A stretch of 32,000 bases of DNA, from positions 1,770,001 to 1,802,000 of the forward strand of contig NC_004460.2 of assembly GCF_000039765.1 (NCBI RefSeq). Reading direction: 5' to 3'. The DNA is from Vibrio vulnificus CMCP6. Its GTDB lineage: Bacteria; Pseudomonadota; Gammaproteobacteria; Enterobacterales; Vibrionaceae. The translations under genes were made by a program, and so were the position numbers. Below, piece by piece: positions 9,392-18,301 of this stretch. The notes below the pieces were generated by a model. It searched no databases and was not told where the DNA came from. It saw only the letters and a list, made by a program, of their open reading frames with translations. Position 1 is the stretch's first letter; every line of letters starts with the position of its first letter.

Positions 9392-10611
9392 AGCAATTAA
9401 TGGATACTTCGGAGAGGTTATATCAAGAGGGTGAAAGGGCTCTTGAGTTACATCTTTACGCTGTCGCGGTGATTCTCTACTTTGTGTCACTCCGCACCCA
9501 AATCGCGGGCGTAACAGTGACGATTGCGGACATGATAGGCTTGGCATCGATTGGTTTTTTACTGCTCATCATATTGAAAGGTCGAATGTCGATGGAGACA
9601 GTAAAGGTGGCGGGAATAAACGTCATTTTTATTGGCTACATTGCATTGAATGGGATCATCAATGATGCCGGGATGAAAAATATCATTGTGGAGGTTATCC
9701 AGTGGAGTTCCATTGTTGCCTTTCTCTGCGTTCTCCACTTTTTGAATCTCTTTAAATCGAAACGGTTTTTGTCTCTAGTCGCGCTCTATGCTTTCTATGC
9801 GGCAGTGTACACAGCGGTGTGGCATGTCGTCGTCATTGGTGACTTTCAGAATTTTAAACATTTACACAATGCAAAGTATCTTTTTGGTTTCTCGACTGTG
9901 ATGCTTTATCTGTTTAGAAGTCAAATCAAGAACAGTCATATTCTGTTGTTTATCGCGTTTGTCCTTTTAATTCTCTCTGGTGAAAGAAAAGCCATGCTTG
10001 GGGTATTGTTGGTGCTATTTATCGACCACTTTTTCGTCAGAGGTGAAAATACCAAAATGACCCATGTGGTGATGTCTCTTGCAGCAGCATTTGGGGTTAT
10101 TTCGGTGTGGGCGGGTATCTACTATTTTGGTACGGACTGGATCGCAGAAAGCCTTTTTCTCACTCAAAATGATATCTATAACGCAGATCTTCATGAAGCG
10201 CGTTGGGATTCAGAATTGTGGCGTCGGCTGCTTTTAGCTAATGGTTTTTCTCTTTTTATGGACCATTTCTATTTTGGTGTCGGGCCGAAAATGTTGCTTT
10301 CGTACATAGCACCATACTTTGTCGGCAACGAAGAGCTGATTGTCTATACCCACAATATGCTACTTGATATTGCTGTTGAATACGGAATTATCGGTGTTGC
10401 ACTGCTTTTTGGTGGGGTGCTCGTGCGTTTGGCAAAAGCATTCAAAACGAGACGGCAGAATTCTATTCCGTTTTTGTTGTGTATTTATACACTTTCTACC
10501 GCCCTTTTTGCTGCGACTCAAAGCACGGTGATTCTTATGTTCATGCTGCCGTTTTTTATTGATGTTCGTTTGCCTAGGGGGGCAAGCGAAGAGCGCGAAA
10601 ATAAAGCATAA
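9388..10611 (+). CDS. O-antigen ligase/polymerase-like (Wzy_C-type) polytopic membrane protein
   Basis: 407 aa with roughly 10 or more hydrophobic segments. The loop LILSGERKAMLG and the later YTHNMLLDIAVEYG resemble O-antigen ligase family proteins. Its start overlaps the upstream stop (ATGA at 9388-9391). Confidence 0.6.
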   Translation: MKQLMDTSERLYQEGERALELHLYAVAVILYFVSLRTQIAGVTVTIADMIGLASIGFLLLIILKGRMSMETVKVAGINVIFIGYIALNGIINDAGMKNIIVEVIQWSSIVAFLCVLHFLNLFKSKRFLSLVALYAFYAAVYTAVWHVVVIGDFQNFKHLHNAKYLFGFSTVMLYLFRSQIKNSHILLFIAFVLLILSGERKAMLGVLLVLFIDHFFVRGENTKMTHVVMSLAAAFGVISVWAGIYYFGTDWIAESLFLTQNDIYNADLHEARWDSELWRRLLLANGFSLFMDHFYFGVGPKMLLSYIAPYFVGNEELIVYTHNMLLDIAVEYGIIGVALLFGGVLVRLAKAFKTRRQNSIPFLLCIYTLSTALFAATQSTVILMFMLPFFIDVRLPRGASEERENKA

Positions 10612-10681
10612 CGAGCTAGGCTGTGGTGAAACAAGCATTACTAGACATGGGTTTCTTTATTTGGATACCACTGGATGCAAC

Positions 10682-10715
10682 AAAAAGCCCCGCAATCGCG
10701 GGGCTTCGTGTTTTT
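10682..10715. terminator. Bidirectional terminator between convergent genes
   Basis: Stem GCCCCGC/GCGGGGC with AAAAA upstream and TTTTT downstream. Confidence 0.8.
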
Positions 10716-10724
10716 CGTGACGCC

Positions 10725-12101
10725 TTAGAAAATAAGGTGTGCAACGCCGGCAATGATAGGCAGAGTGATCAGAGTACGCAGAATAAAGATGATAAACAGC
10801 TCTACGATGTTCACTGGGATTTTGCTACCAAGAAGCAGTGCACCGACTTCAGACATATAGATAAGCTGAGTAACCGACATCGCCGCGATGACAAAGCGTG
10901 TCATTTCATTGTCGATAGAAGCCGCGAGAATCGCTGGAATAAACATATCGGCAAAACCAACGACGATGGTTTCAGAAGCTGCTACTGCTTCAGGTACGCC
11001 CAATATCTCCAAAAATGGAATGAAAGGCTGACCAAGAATGGCAAAGACAGGGGTGTACTCAGCAATAATGAGCGCAATGGTACCTAAGCCCATTACAACA
11101 GGTAGTACGCCAAAAACCATGTCAACTGCGTTGTGTACGCCTTCTGTGAAAACCGATTTGACCGACTTCACTTCACCAGCACGTTTCAGTGCCAGATCCA
11201 TCCCCCAACTAAATGGTGTATGGCCTGCTGGTACGGCATTTTGATCAGCGTGCGGCTTGCTGCCATCGATGTAACAATCTTTCTTTAGGCTAAGTGGTGG
11301 CAAGCGAGGAATGATGATCGCAGCAACCACACCCGCCAAACAGATGGCGCCGTAAAATGGTAGGAAAAGATGCTCCAGTTTTACCTGTGCAATCACCACC
11401 AAGCTAAACGTAATGGATACCGCAGAGAAAGTCGTACCTACAACCGCCGCTTCGCGTTGAGTATAAAATTTGTTTTCATACTGTTTGCTGGTCAGAAGGA
11501 TACCGACGCTGCCATCACCCAACCAAGACGCCATACAGTCAATCGCACTACGACCAGGAAGATTGAATACTGGACGCATCACTTTACTCAGTAGCGCACC
11601 AAACAGCTCAAGCAAGCCAAAGTTGAGCAAAAGAGGTAATAGCATACCAGCAAAAATAAACACCGCGAAAAGAGTCGGTAGCAAACCTGTGAGCACTAGG
11701 CCGCCAGTGTTTTCTTCCCAAATCGCTTTTGGACCCATTTGGAAAAACGTCATAATAACGGCAATACCACCAAAGACGCGTACTGCTAACCACAGTGGGC
11801 TTGGGTTAAATAGGCCATTTAAGAAGGTGTTGTTAACAATTTTCGCTGGCTTGAAAATTTTGGTGACAAGAGAGGCAAGCGCCATGAATGCGATAATCGT
11901 TGTAACGAGCGCGATCAAATGATCTCCCAGTATGGCTGGGATCAGTTTTGCCATAACCGCGACAGGAATAGTCAATTCGCCGTTATAGGTAATTGGTGCC
12001 ATAAACAGAAGTAAGCCAATCACAGAAGGAATGAAAAACTTCCAGAAATTCGCTTTCTTCTCGGTGTTTGGCACTGCTGCAGTTTCAGTGTTATTGGTCA
12101 T
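10725..12101 (-). CDS. YjiH-family / nucleoside-recognition (Gate) domain membrane protein, putative transporter
   Basis: 458 aa and polytopic. The N-terminus KKANFWKFFIPSVIGLLLFMAPI and the overall pattern recall YjiH-like Gate-domain proteins. The substrate is unknown. Confidence 0.55.
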   Translation of the reverse strand: MTNNTETAAVPNTEKKANFWKFFIPSVIGLLLFMAPITYNGELTIPVAVMAKLIPAILGDHLIALVTTIIAFMALASLVTKIFKPAKIVNNTFLNGLFNPSPLWLAVRVFGGIAVIMTFFQMGPKAIWEENTGGLVLTGLLPTLFAVFIFAGMLLPLLLNFGLLELFGALLSKVMRPVFNLPGRSAIDCMASWLGDGSVGILLTSKQYENKFYTQREAAVVGTTFSAVSITFSLVVIAQVKLEHLFLPFYGAICLAGVVAAIIIPRLPPLSLKKDCYIDGSKPHADQNAVPAGHTPFSWGMDLALKRAGEVKSVKSVFTEGVHNAVDMVFGVLPVVMGLGTIALIIAEYTPVFAILGQPFIPFLEILGVPEAVAASETIVVGFADMFIPAILAASIDNEMTRFVIAAMSVTQLIYMSEVGALLLGSKIPVNIVELFIIFILRTLITLPIIAGVAHLIF

Positions 12102-12338
12102 GCTTTTCTCTTGTTACTACTAGTCAATACTATGCATTCTGAGGAATAGTTATTCACTAAACAGTGGTATTTAATCAAAGTGGGCGAGAGATTACCCCCA
12201 AAATGAGCTAATTGCAATACTATTCATTAGAATGCTGTAACTATTCAGATGTTACGTTTGTAGAGGGTAATGATAGCCGACTTTTGTTTTGTAAATGTTT
12301 TATTTGTTGGTTTTTTGTGATTTTGCTGGCTGTTGAAC

Positions 12339-12388
12339 TGCAACTAGGTCAAAAGAAATGTGACCTTAGTTGCAAGTTTTTGGTTTTT
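12339..12388 (+). terminator. Orphan plus-strand Rho-independent terminator in an intergenic region between two minus-strand genes
   Basis: Arms TGCAACTAGGTCA (12339-12351) and TGACCTTAGTTGCA (12361-12374) pair with one bulge. They are followed by AGTTTTTGGTTTTT. The minus-strand reading has no U tract after the hairpin. Confidence 0.5.
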
Positions 12389-12396
12389 GGAGAGGG

Positions 12397-13065
12397 TTAC
12401 GCCTGCTTAGGCGTGGAGAAATAGAGCAACGTCCAGTAGGAAATGGCAATGATAACGGCAAACGTAGCGGGGAACGCCAATGCATAAAGGTTGAAATGCA
12501 TAAAGGCCAATGCGCCAGCAGAGCCGCCAAAGAGGAAACCGAGAAAAATAAAGATAAATAACTTCGCTTTGCGTTTATCGAATTTTTGCCCGCGTAGGCT
12601 TTCGCCTATCATGATGCCTAAGTCAGTGATAATACCTGTCATATGGGTGGTTCGTATAACAGCACCACTGAACGTGGTGATCATGGCATTTTGCAATCCG
12701 CAGGCCGCAGAGGCGAGGTACTGGCCATAAATGTTGCCGTTAATCAGAAAACTGAGTGACATCAGAAGCAAAAAGCCTTCAATGCAAAGCGCAACGCCGT
12801 AACGACGTCCGAGTTTCAATGCGGTGCTTTCAATAAAGAAGCCGCTAAAGGCGGAACCAATCAAGAAACTGGCGACGATGAGCATGAGGTGAATGGTGCT
12901 TGAAGATCCATTGAGAAAGCTGCTGCCCAGTAGCGTAACGGTACCTGACAAGTGTGAAATGGCTTGATGTTGGAAGCCCATTAAACCGATAGCGTTGACG
13001 CAGCCAGCAAGGAGTGCCAGTAGAAACGCGCCAAACTCAACCCAGCGAGGAAGTCTTGAAATCAC
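12397..13065 (-). CDS. YoaK-family (DUF1275) membrane protein
   Basis: 222 aa with GAFLLALLAGCVNAIGLMGFQHQAISHLSGTVT near the N-terminus, typical of DUF1275/YoaK. GTG start. Confidence 0.7.
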   Translation of the reverse strand: MISRLPRWVEFGAFLLALLAGCVNAIGLMGFQHQAISHLSGTVTLLGSSFLNGSSSTIHLMLIVASFLIGSAFSGFFIESTALKLGRRYGVALCIEGFLLLMSLSFLINGNIYGQYLASAACGLQNAMITTFSGAVIRTTHMTGIITDLGIMIGESLRGQKFDKRKAKLFIFIFLGFLFGGSAGALAFMHFNLYALAFPATFAVIIAISYWTLLYFSTPKQA

Positions 13066-13222
13066 AATTTTTATCTCTTTATTGCTTAGGTCGAGATTAT
13101 AGCGCTGACGCGCTCAAGTTAAAGTGGTAAGAGCTGTTTAGGTTTGATCCGTCTCAACAAAGGCGGAAGTTTTCGTGTTACGAAAAATTGCCATTTCGCA
13201 CTGGCGATGTTGGTTTTACTTG

Positions 13223-13612
13223 TCATGTGTCATTTGTCATCTGTGTCAGCCGCTTCTGGTTAAAATAGGTTCCCGCCAGCTCACTGAAAAACGACTGCTC
13301 GCGAAACCTTGCCGTTGGAACCACAACAGCGGCTGGCGCGGCAGAGAAGAGAAGGAGCATGGTTGTACTGCAAGCCGGGCAAAAATGATAGCTGATTTCA
13401 TGGCCGTTGCTGGCCAAGCGGCTAAAGGAGACGATGTCACCTTCTACTTGAATCTGTTCTGTCATAAAGCGAGCATGAACCCCATAAAAGCTACCAAAGC
13501 GTTTTTGACATTCGAATGAATGGCATATCGAGGTTTTGACAGGCTCTCCACGGCAGTGAACTTTGACTAACCCACATTGGCATTCACATGTTCTTACTTT
13601 ATTGTCCGCCAT
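13223..13612 (-). CDS. GFA-family (CENP-V/glutathione-dependent formaldehyde-activating-like) zinc protein
   Basis: 129 aa with Cys clusters CECQCG, CHSFECQK and FCPACS, characteristic of GFA domains. Shine-Dalgarno AGGATA lies upstream. Confidence 0.75.
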   Translation of the reverse strand: MADNKVRTCECQCGLVKVHCRGEPVKTSICHSFECQKRFGSFYGVHARFMTEQIQVEGDIVSFSRLASNGHEISYHFCPACSTTMLLLFSAAPAAVVVPTARFREQSFFSELAGTYFNQKRLTQMTNDT

Positions 13613-13683
13613 TGTTCTTATCCTAAGATTTGCATCTATTGATAATTATAAGAAACGCATTTAAGGTCTGCACAATCTAAACC

Positions 13684-14325
13684 ATGAGTCCGATGAAGAT
13701 GAAAAAGCGTATTTTGCCGATCCCACTTATTTTGCTGATTCCAATTGTGATGTTAGCGGTTGTGATGACTGCCGGAATCTATCGATTCACGCTATCAGAT
13801 GAGGAGATTTTGGCAAAATTTCCATCACAGCAGATCGTTGCGGATGCCATCGTTGAAAGATTGACGGGTATTAAAACCGCTAATCCCCTAACGGTGCTTG
13901 TACCAGAAAGTAAAGCTTTTGCTCTGATGACGGATTTTGATGCAGAGAATGCGATCGTGGTTGGTCAATACGACTCCGGGGCAGAGCGTGGTTCGGTGAC
14001 GGTTTTTGCACAATATTGGCGGGAGCTCGAGGCAGACAAAGCTTCTTGGTTTGTTGCTCCACTGGCGATCAGCAATCAAGGAAGTGGACACTTTTACTAC
14101 CTTGGCTTGTTTAAATACGATCCTGTACCCCGCAGAGTGGTGATGACAGACGCGCAATTTCTTGGTGATCGTATTCGACTGGATAAACTGACTAAAACCG
14201 AAAACTCATCCATTTTGCTTTCTTATCAACAGCATTTTGCGAATCAATCCTTTTCGGAACAACCACTTGAGATTGTGGTTCAGGAATTTTCACGACAAGA
14301 CGATAAACTCAAGCTAAATAAATAA
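13684..14325 (+). CDS. Hypothetical membrane-anchored or exported protein
   Basis: 213 aa. The basic N-terminus plus hydrophobic stretch ILPIPLILLIPIVMLAVVMTAGI suggests a signal anchor. I recognise no family. Alternative ATG starts lie at 13693 and 13699. Confidence 0.5.
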   Translation: MSPMKMKKRILPIPLILLIPIVMLAVVMTAGIYRFTLSDEEILAKFPSQQIVADAIVERLTGIKTANPLTVLVPESKAFALMTDFDAENAIVVGQYDSGAERGSVTVFAQYWRELEADKASWFVAPLAISNQGSGHFYYLGLFKYDPVPRRVVMTDAQFLGDRIRLDKLTKTENSSILLSYQQHFANQSFSEQPLEIVVQEFSRQDDKLKLNK

Positions 14326-14429
14326 TCATTTTTGAGGCAGTTTTTGTGCTAAAAAAGGCAATTATTTGGTGATTTTTTTGCGAGAAATGCATAAGCTTGA
14401 AAGCCTGTTCCGCAGGAGATAGTAAAACC

Positions 14430-15719
14430 GTGTCTTCCCAAGTAATCAACAGACGTTTTTCTCAATTAACCAGTGGTAAAAAATGGCTATTATTGTCGCT
14501 ACCGCTGGTTGCTATTATTGGCGTCTCATCGTCGCTGCATCAGCCGACGTTAACTCGCACTATTGAACTGAATCTTAGTGACAACCAAGCCCTAAACGAT
14601 GCGCTTTCTGCCAACGCCCTAGAGGGATGGCAACTTCCTCCGAGCTTCGAGTACCAAATTCAATCTGGTGACAACCTAAGTACCATCTTCACCCAATTGG
14701 GATTTGGCTACCAAGAAATGATGAAGGTAATGGAAACGGACTTGGATTACCTCGTCCTCGATACCTTGCGTCCTGGCAATACACTGCGTTTCTGGCAAAA
14801 CGAAGAAACGGGTGCGCTGGAAAAAATGGAGCTCGTGCTAAGTATTGCCGATAAAGCGGTGTTTACGCGAAATAGCGATGGCAGCTTTAGTTTCGAACAA
14901 GTGAATTTGCCTGGTGAGTGGCGACAACAGCCTCTTATTGGCACCATTGAAGGGAGCTTTTCTAGCTCAGCCTATCGGTTAGGGTTAAACAGCATCGAAA
15001 TCGACCAAATCGTGTCGTTACTACGTGAAAAAATCAACTTTTCTCGTGATTTGCGTGCTGGAGATAGTTTTGAGATCGTTCGCCGTAATCAATTTATCGA
15101 TGGCGTGGAAAGTGGTAAACGTCAAATCGAAGCGATTAAGATCTTTAACCGTGGCCGTGAGATCACGGCGTATTTGCACAGCGATGGGCAGTTCTATGAT
15201 GCGAAAGGTCAAAGTTTGCAACGTGCTTTCCAACGTTATCCCGTGACGACTAACTGGCGTTTAAGTTCTCAATTTAATCCACACCGCCTACATCCCGTTA
15301 CGGGACGTGTTGCGCCACACAATGGTACAGACTTCGCGACGCCGATTGGCACGCCAGTCATGTCGACGGGGGATGGTACTGTCATTTTAGTTCGTAAAAA
15401 CCACCCGTTTGCTGGCAACTACATTGTGGTTGAGCACGGCAGTAAGTACAAAACCCGCTATCTTCATCTGAGCAAAGTGTTGGTGACGAAAGGGCAAAAG
15501 GTGTCCCGTGGTCAACGTATTGGCCTTAGTGGTAAAACAGGCCGTGTTACAGGGCCCCATCTTCATTATGAACTGTTGGAGCACAACCGTCCGGTTGATG
15601 CGATGAAAGCGAAGATACCGATGGCCAGTTCGGTGCCAAAGAAAGAAATGGCCAGTTTCCTTGCCACGGTGAAAGAGATGGATACGCTCTTAAGCGATCA
15701 AGAGAAACAAAATATTTAG
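14430..15719 (+). CDS. mepM: M23-family murein DD-endopeptidase (MepM/YebA-like) with an OapA/LysM-like N-terminal region
   Basis: The M23 motifs HNGTDFATPIGTPV and GPHLHYE are present, and YQIQSGDNLSTIF is LysM/OapA-like. GTG at 14430 has AGGAGA 10 nt upstream. The ORF also opens at TTG 14397. Confidence 0.8.
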   Translation: MSSQVINRRFSQLTSGKKWLLLSLPLVAIIGVSSSLHQPTLTRTIELNLSDNQALNDALSANALEGWQLPPSFEYQIQSGDNLSTIFTQLGFGYQEMMKVMETDLDYLVLDTLRPGNTLRFWQNEETGALEKMELVLSIADKAVFTRNSDGSFSFEQVNLPGEWRQQPLIGTIEGSFSSSAYRLGLNSIEIDQIVSLLREKINFSRDLRAGDSFEIVRRNQFIDGVESGKRQIEAIKIFNRGREITAYLHSDGQFYDAKGQSLQRAFQRYPVTTNWRLSSQFNPHRLHPVTGRVAPHNGTDFATPIGTPVMSTGDGTVILVRKNHPFAGNYIVVEHGSKYKTRYLHLSKVLVTKGQKVSRGQRIGLSGKTGRVTGPHLHYELLEHNRPVDAMKAKIPMASSVPKKEMASFLATVKEMDTLLSDQEKQNI

Positions 15720-15738
15720 TTTCTATAACGTTAAACAA

Positions 15739-15770
15739 AGTAAGGGGCGAAAGCCCCTTACTTCATTGTT
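15739..15770. terminator. Hairpin terminator between convergent genes
   Basis: 10-bp stem AGTAAGGGGC/GCCCCTTACT with a GAAA loop. The flanking A/T runs are only moderate. Confidence 0.6.
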
Positions 15771-15820
15771 ATCCCTACCCCCGTTTTAGCGGTGAGTGGT
15801 AGTGGTGGCATTTGCCAGAT

Positions 15821-16468
15821 CTAGTCTGGTTGCAGCTCTTTCAGTACTTCCGTCAACGAAGGGCAAATACGATGGCCAAAAGCAATAACTTCCTCACATG
15901 GCTCTACCAAATCGGGAATCTGATAGGTCATCATGTTGGCCGCCACAGCAGCGCGAACGCCATTGTTCGAGTCCTCAAAAGCCAGACACTGAGCTGGTGG
16001 TACATTTAAACGGCTGGCAGCAAGCAGGTAGATTTCAGGATCCGGTTTGCCGTGAGTGACTTCGCAACCAGTGGTAATCGATTCAAAGTAGTGATCAAGC
16101 CCTGCCAGCTTGAGTTTTACCAGCGCGACATCCTTTTGTGTAGAGGTCGCTACCGCAGCGGGTATCTGGTGAGCTTTTAGCCACTCAAGTAGGGCAATCA
16201 CGCCCTCTTTGACAGGGATGGCTTCATGCAGAACCACTTGGTTATACCGCTTACGCCATTCTGCATGTAGGCGATCAAGATCATCGCCATAGGCAGCACG
16301 TAAAATCGCGTCGATACCAGCGGAATTGCGTCCGATGATAGAAAGATACGTCTCTTGATAGAAAGGCAGATTTTGTACATCACACGCTTGCTTGAAAATG
16401 CGCATACAAACGCGTTCGGTGTCGAGTAGAAGTCCATCCATGTCGAAAATGGCAGCATTAAATTTCAT
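15821..16468 (-). CDS. HAD-superfamily phosphatase (beta-phosphoglucomutase-like subfamily IA)
   Basis: MKFNAAIFDMDGLLLDTE carries the DxDG nucleophile motif. TSTQK, HGKPDP and FEDSNNG follow. ATG at 16468 is preferred over the 35-codon TTG extension in the track. Confidence 0.8.
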   Translation of the reverse strand: MKFNAAIFDMDGLLLDTERVCMRIFKQACDVQNLPFYQETYLSIIGRNSAGIDAILRAAYGDDLDRLHAEWRKRYNQVVLHEAIPVKEGVIALLEWLKAHQIPAAVATSTQKDVALVKLKLAGLDHYFESITTGCEVTHGKPDPEIYLLAASRLNVPPAQCLAFEDSNNGVRAAVAANMMTYQIPDLVEPCEEVIAFGHRICPSLTEVLKELQPD

Positions 16469-16516
16469 CAGTACAGCTTTAACCAGATAAGTATTGTTAC
16501 TGACATTGTGACACAG

Positions 16517-16560
16517 GAGAACGAAGATTGGCAGGTGATGTGCCGACAATCTTCGTTCTC
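16517..16560 (-). other. Perfect 14-bp stem-loop without a U tract between the SpeE-like and HAD genes
   Basis: GAGAACGAAGATTG (16517-16530) pairs perfectly with CAATCTTCGTTCTC (16547-16560) across a 16-nt loop. Confidence 0.5.
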
Positions 16561-16578
16561 GATTCGCATTCAACGTTT

Positions 16579-17478
16579 TTATTTCAATAAGTTAGCGGGT
16601 GAAAATTGGTCTGTGAGCAGCCTAGCTTGTTCGTCCCAATCAGCTTCTAATGTCATTAAAGAAGGGTAATTCTCTATCTCTATGGCAAATGGCTGCAGTG
16701 CACTGGCTAATGCTTCAGCTTGCTGTTGCAGTGCCTGCTGATTGGGCAAAGAGGTTAACATCGAAAGAATGACACGGTTGCCCGACTCTTGAGGAATTTT
16801 GAAGTTATAAAATTCACCAAAGACGGAGCGATATGTAGCCGACTCGTGATCATACAGCTTGCTCGTAGAAAATGTATTCGCCACCAACACACCACTGCTA
16901 CTGAGGAGTTGCTTAGTTTCCATCAGAAATTCTCGAGTCATGAGGTGTTCGGGAATGTATTCGCCATTAAACGCATCCAGCAGAATGAAATCGTACTTTT
17001 GTCCCTTTAACCCTGCGCGTTTTATGTAAACACGGGCATCACCAGTGTGAACTCGTGTGTTGTGGCTAGGTTGAAAATAGAAATAGCGTTCCGCGATTTG
17101 AGAAACCACGGGATCGATTTCGACAATGTCCATATGCGATTCGGGATAAAGCTCTGCAAGCGCACTGGGGACCGAGCCGCCCCCGAGACCAATGATAAGA
17201 ATTCGCTCAGGCTTCGGGTTAAACAGCAGCCCCGCTAACGTCATTCGCACATAGGGAAAGTAGATACGTTTATCTTGCGGGTCTTGGTATTCGCAGGTTT
17301 GGACTCGTTCTCCTTTTTTGGCGGTGAAAGAGAGGCAACGAAAATCTTGGTGCTCGAATACCACGATATCCTGATAAAGCGACTTTTGTTCATGAATGAT
17401 AGTGCTTTGCCCTATGGAGAAAGGAGAGAGCAACGTGCACAGTAGCGCAAAGAGCAAGACAATAGGATTAATCGACAT
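16579..17478 (-). CDS. Spermidine synthase-like (class I SAM/dcSAM-binding fold) protein with an N-terminal hydrophobic segment
   Basis: Motifs [20 protein letters not shown] and FILLDAF match the aminopropyltransferase/methyltransferase fold. The N-terminus [23 protein letters not shown] is a signal or TM segment. The ATG at 17478 overlaps the upstream gene by 11 nt. Confidence 0.7.
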   Translation of the reverse strand: MSINPIVLLFALLCTLLSPFSIGQSTIIHEQKSLYQDIVVFEHQDFRCLSFTAKKGERVQTCEYQDPQDKRIYFPYVRMTLAGLLFNPKPERILIIGLGGGSVPSALAELYPESHMDIVEIDPVVSQIAERYFYFQPSHNTRVHTGDARVYIKRAGLKGQKYDFILLDAFNGEYIPEHLMTREFLMETKQLLSSSGVLVANTFSTSKLYDHESATYRSVFGEFYNFKIPQESGNRVILSMLTSLPNQQALQQQAEALASALQPFAIEIENYPSLMTLEADWDEQARLLTDQFSPANLLK

Positions 17479-18106
17479 CAAGTTCTACCTCGTGGAAGAG
17501 TGGGGCAGTATCCAGCCGGTAGGCAAATATCCCAGCCAGCAGTAAGAGCGCTGTCAGCGTTAACAATATGGTATTGATCTCCCACCAAAGCACGAGGTAG
17601 AAGGAAGTGGCTAGGGTACCCAGTGCACTACCCAATGTTGAGACAAAATAGAGCCTACCGGCGATTTGGCCACTATGCTGTTCGTTTTTCACCATCAATC
17701 TCACCGCATAGGGCGATATCATGCCTAAAATGACCGTAGGAATAAAAAACAGCAAGATTGCCGTGACTAAAGAACCGTAGCGCGGATCGTCTATCCAGAG
17801 AAAGGTGAAGTCCATGATGGGCTTACCGGCAAAAATCAAGGGCAAGAGAAACAGGGCTCCGAAAAGGTAAAAACGAGCAAATTGTTTTAGAGAAGGATGG
17901 TGTGCGGAAAGATTGCCCCCCAGCAAATAGCCCAATGAGAGTGCCACCATAAAAACGGTAATAATGCTGCCCCATACGTAGATACTGTTGCCAAAGTAAG
18001 GCGCAAGGACTTTGCCGCCCAAGAGTTCAATGGACATAATGCTAAAACCACTGATGAATGCCAGCATAAGAATCAATCCATTGGATGTGGTTGCTTTTCT
18101 CATCAA
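17468..18106 (-). CDS. Polytopic membrane protein resembling the N-terminal membrane module of fused MFS/spermidine-synthase proteins
   Basis: 212 aa with about 6 hydrophobic helices. It lies directly upstream of, and overlaps, the SpeE-like ORF. Confidence 0.6.
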   Translation of the reverse strand: MMRKATTSNGLILMLAFISGFSIMSIELLGGKVLAPYFGNSIYVWGSIITVFMVALSLGYLLGGNLSAHHPSLKQFARFYLFGALFLLPLIFAGKPIMDFTFLWIDDPRYGSLVTAILLFFIPTVILGMISPYAVRLMVKNEQHSGQIAGRLYFVSTLGSALGTLATSFYLVLWWEINTILLTLTALLLLAGIFAYRLDTAPLFHEVELDVD

Positions 18107-18301
18107 AAATCTCCTGAAGTGTTGCGTTCATTCTTTCCAAGTATTTGTGCGGAAAGCGGATATAGCAAGGTGAGGGGGCTTTCAGTTATGATGGGGTCCT
18201 ATCTGAGATCGTTTCAGTGTGGATTTCTACCTCTTATGGCCATAAGATACGGGAAATGGCCCCTGCAGCGATTCGAGTCATAACGTCATTGGGGAGAAAG
18301 A

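Noticed and set aside
10623-11922. Plus-strand ORFs of 154, 68, 74 and 150 aa overlapping the YjiH-like gene.
   Set aside because: They are antisense to a 458-aa polytopic membrane protein with coherent hydrophobic periodicity. Their products are Arg/Thr/Ser-rich and lack motifs.
13226-13256. Triple TGTCAT repeat (TTGTCATGTGTCATTTGTCATCTGTGTCA).
   Set aside because: It lies inside the 3' end of the GFA-family coding sequence, encoding ...LTQMTNDT on the minus strand. It is most simply a coding-sequence coincidence and not an operator.
16469-16573. A 35-codon N-terminal extension of the HAD phosphatase, starting at a TTG.
   Set aside because: HAD proteins normally begin a few residues before the DxDG motif, and an ATG gives MKFNAAIFDMDG. 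The extension would also be translated through the 14-bp perfect stem-loop, and its sequence is not protein-like.
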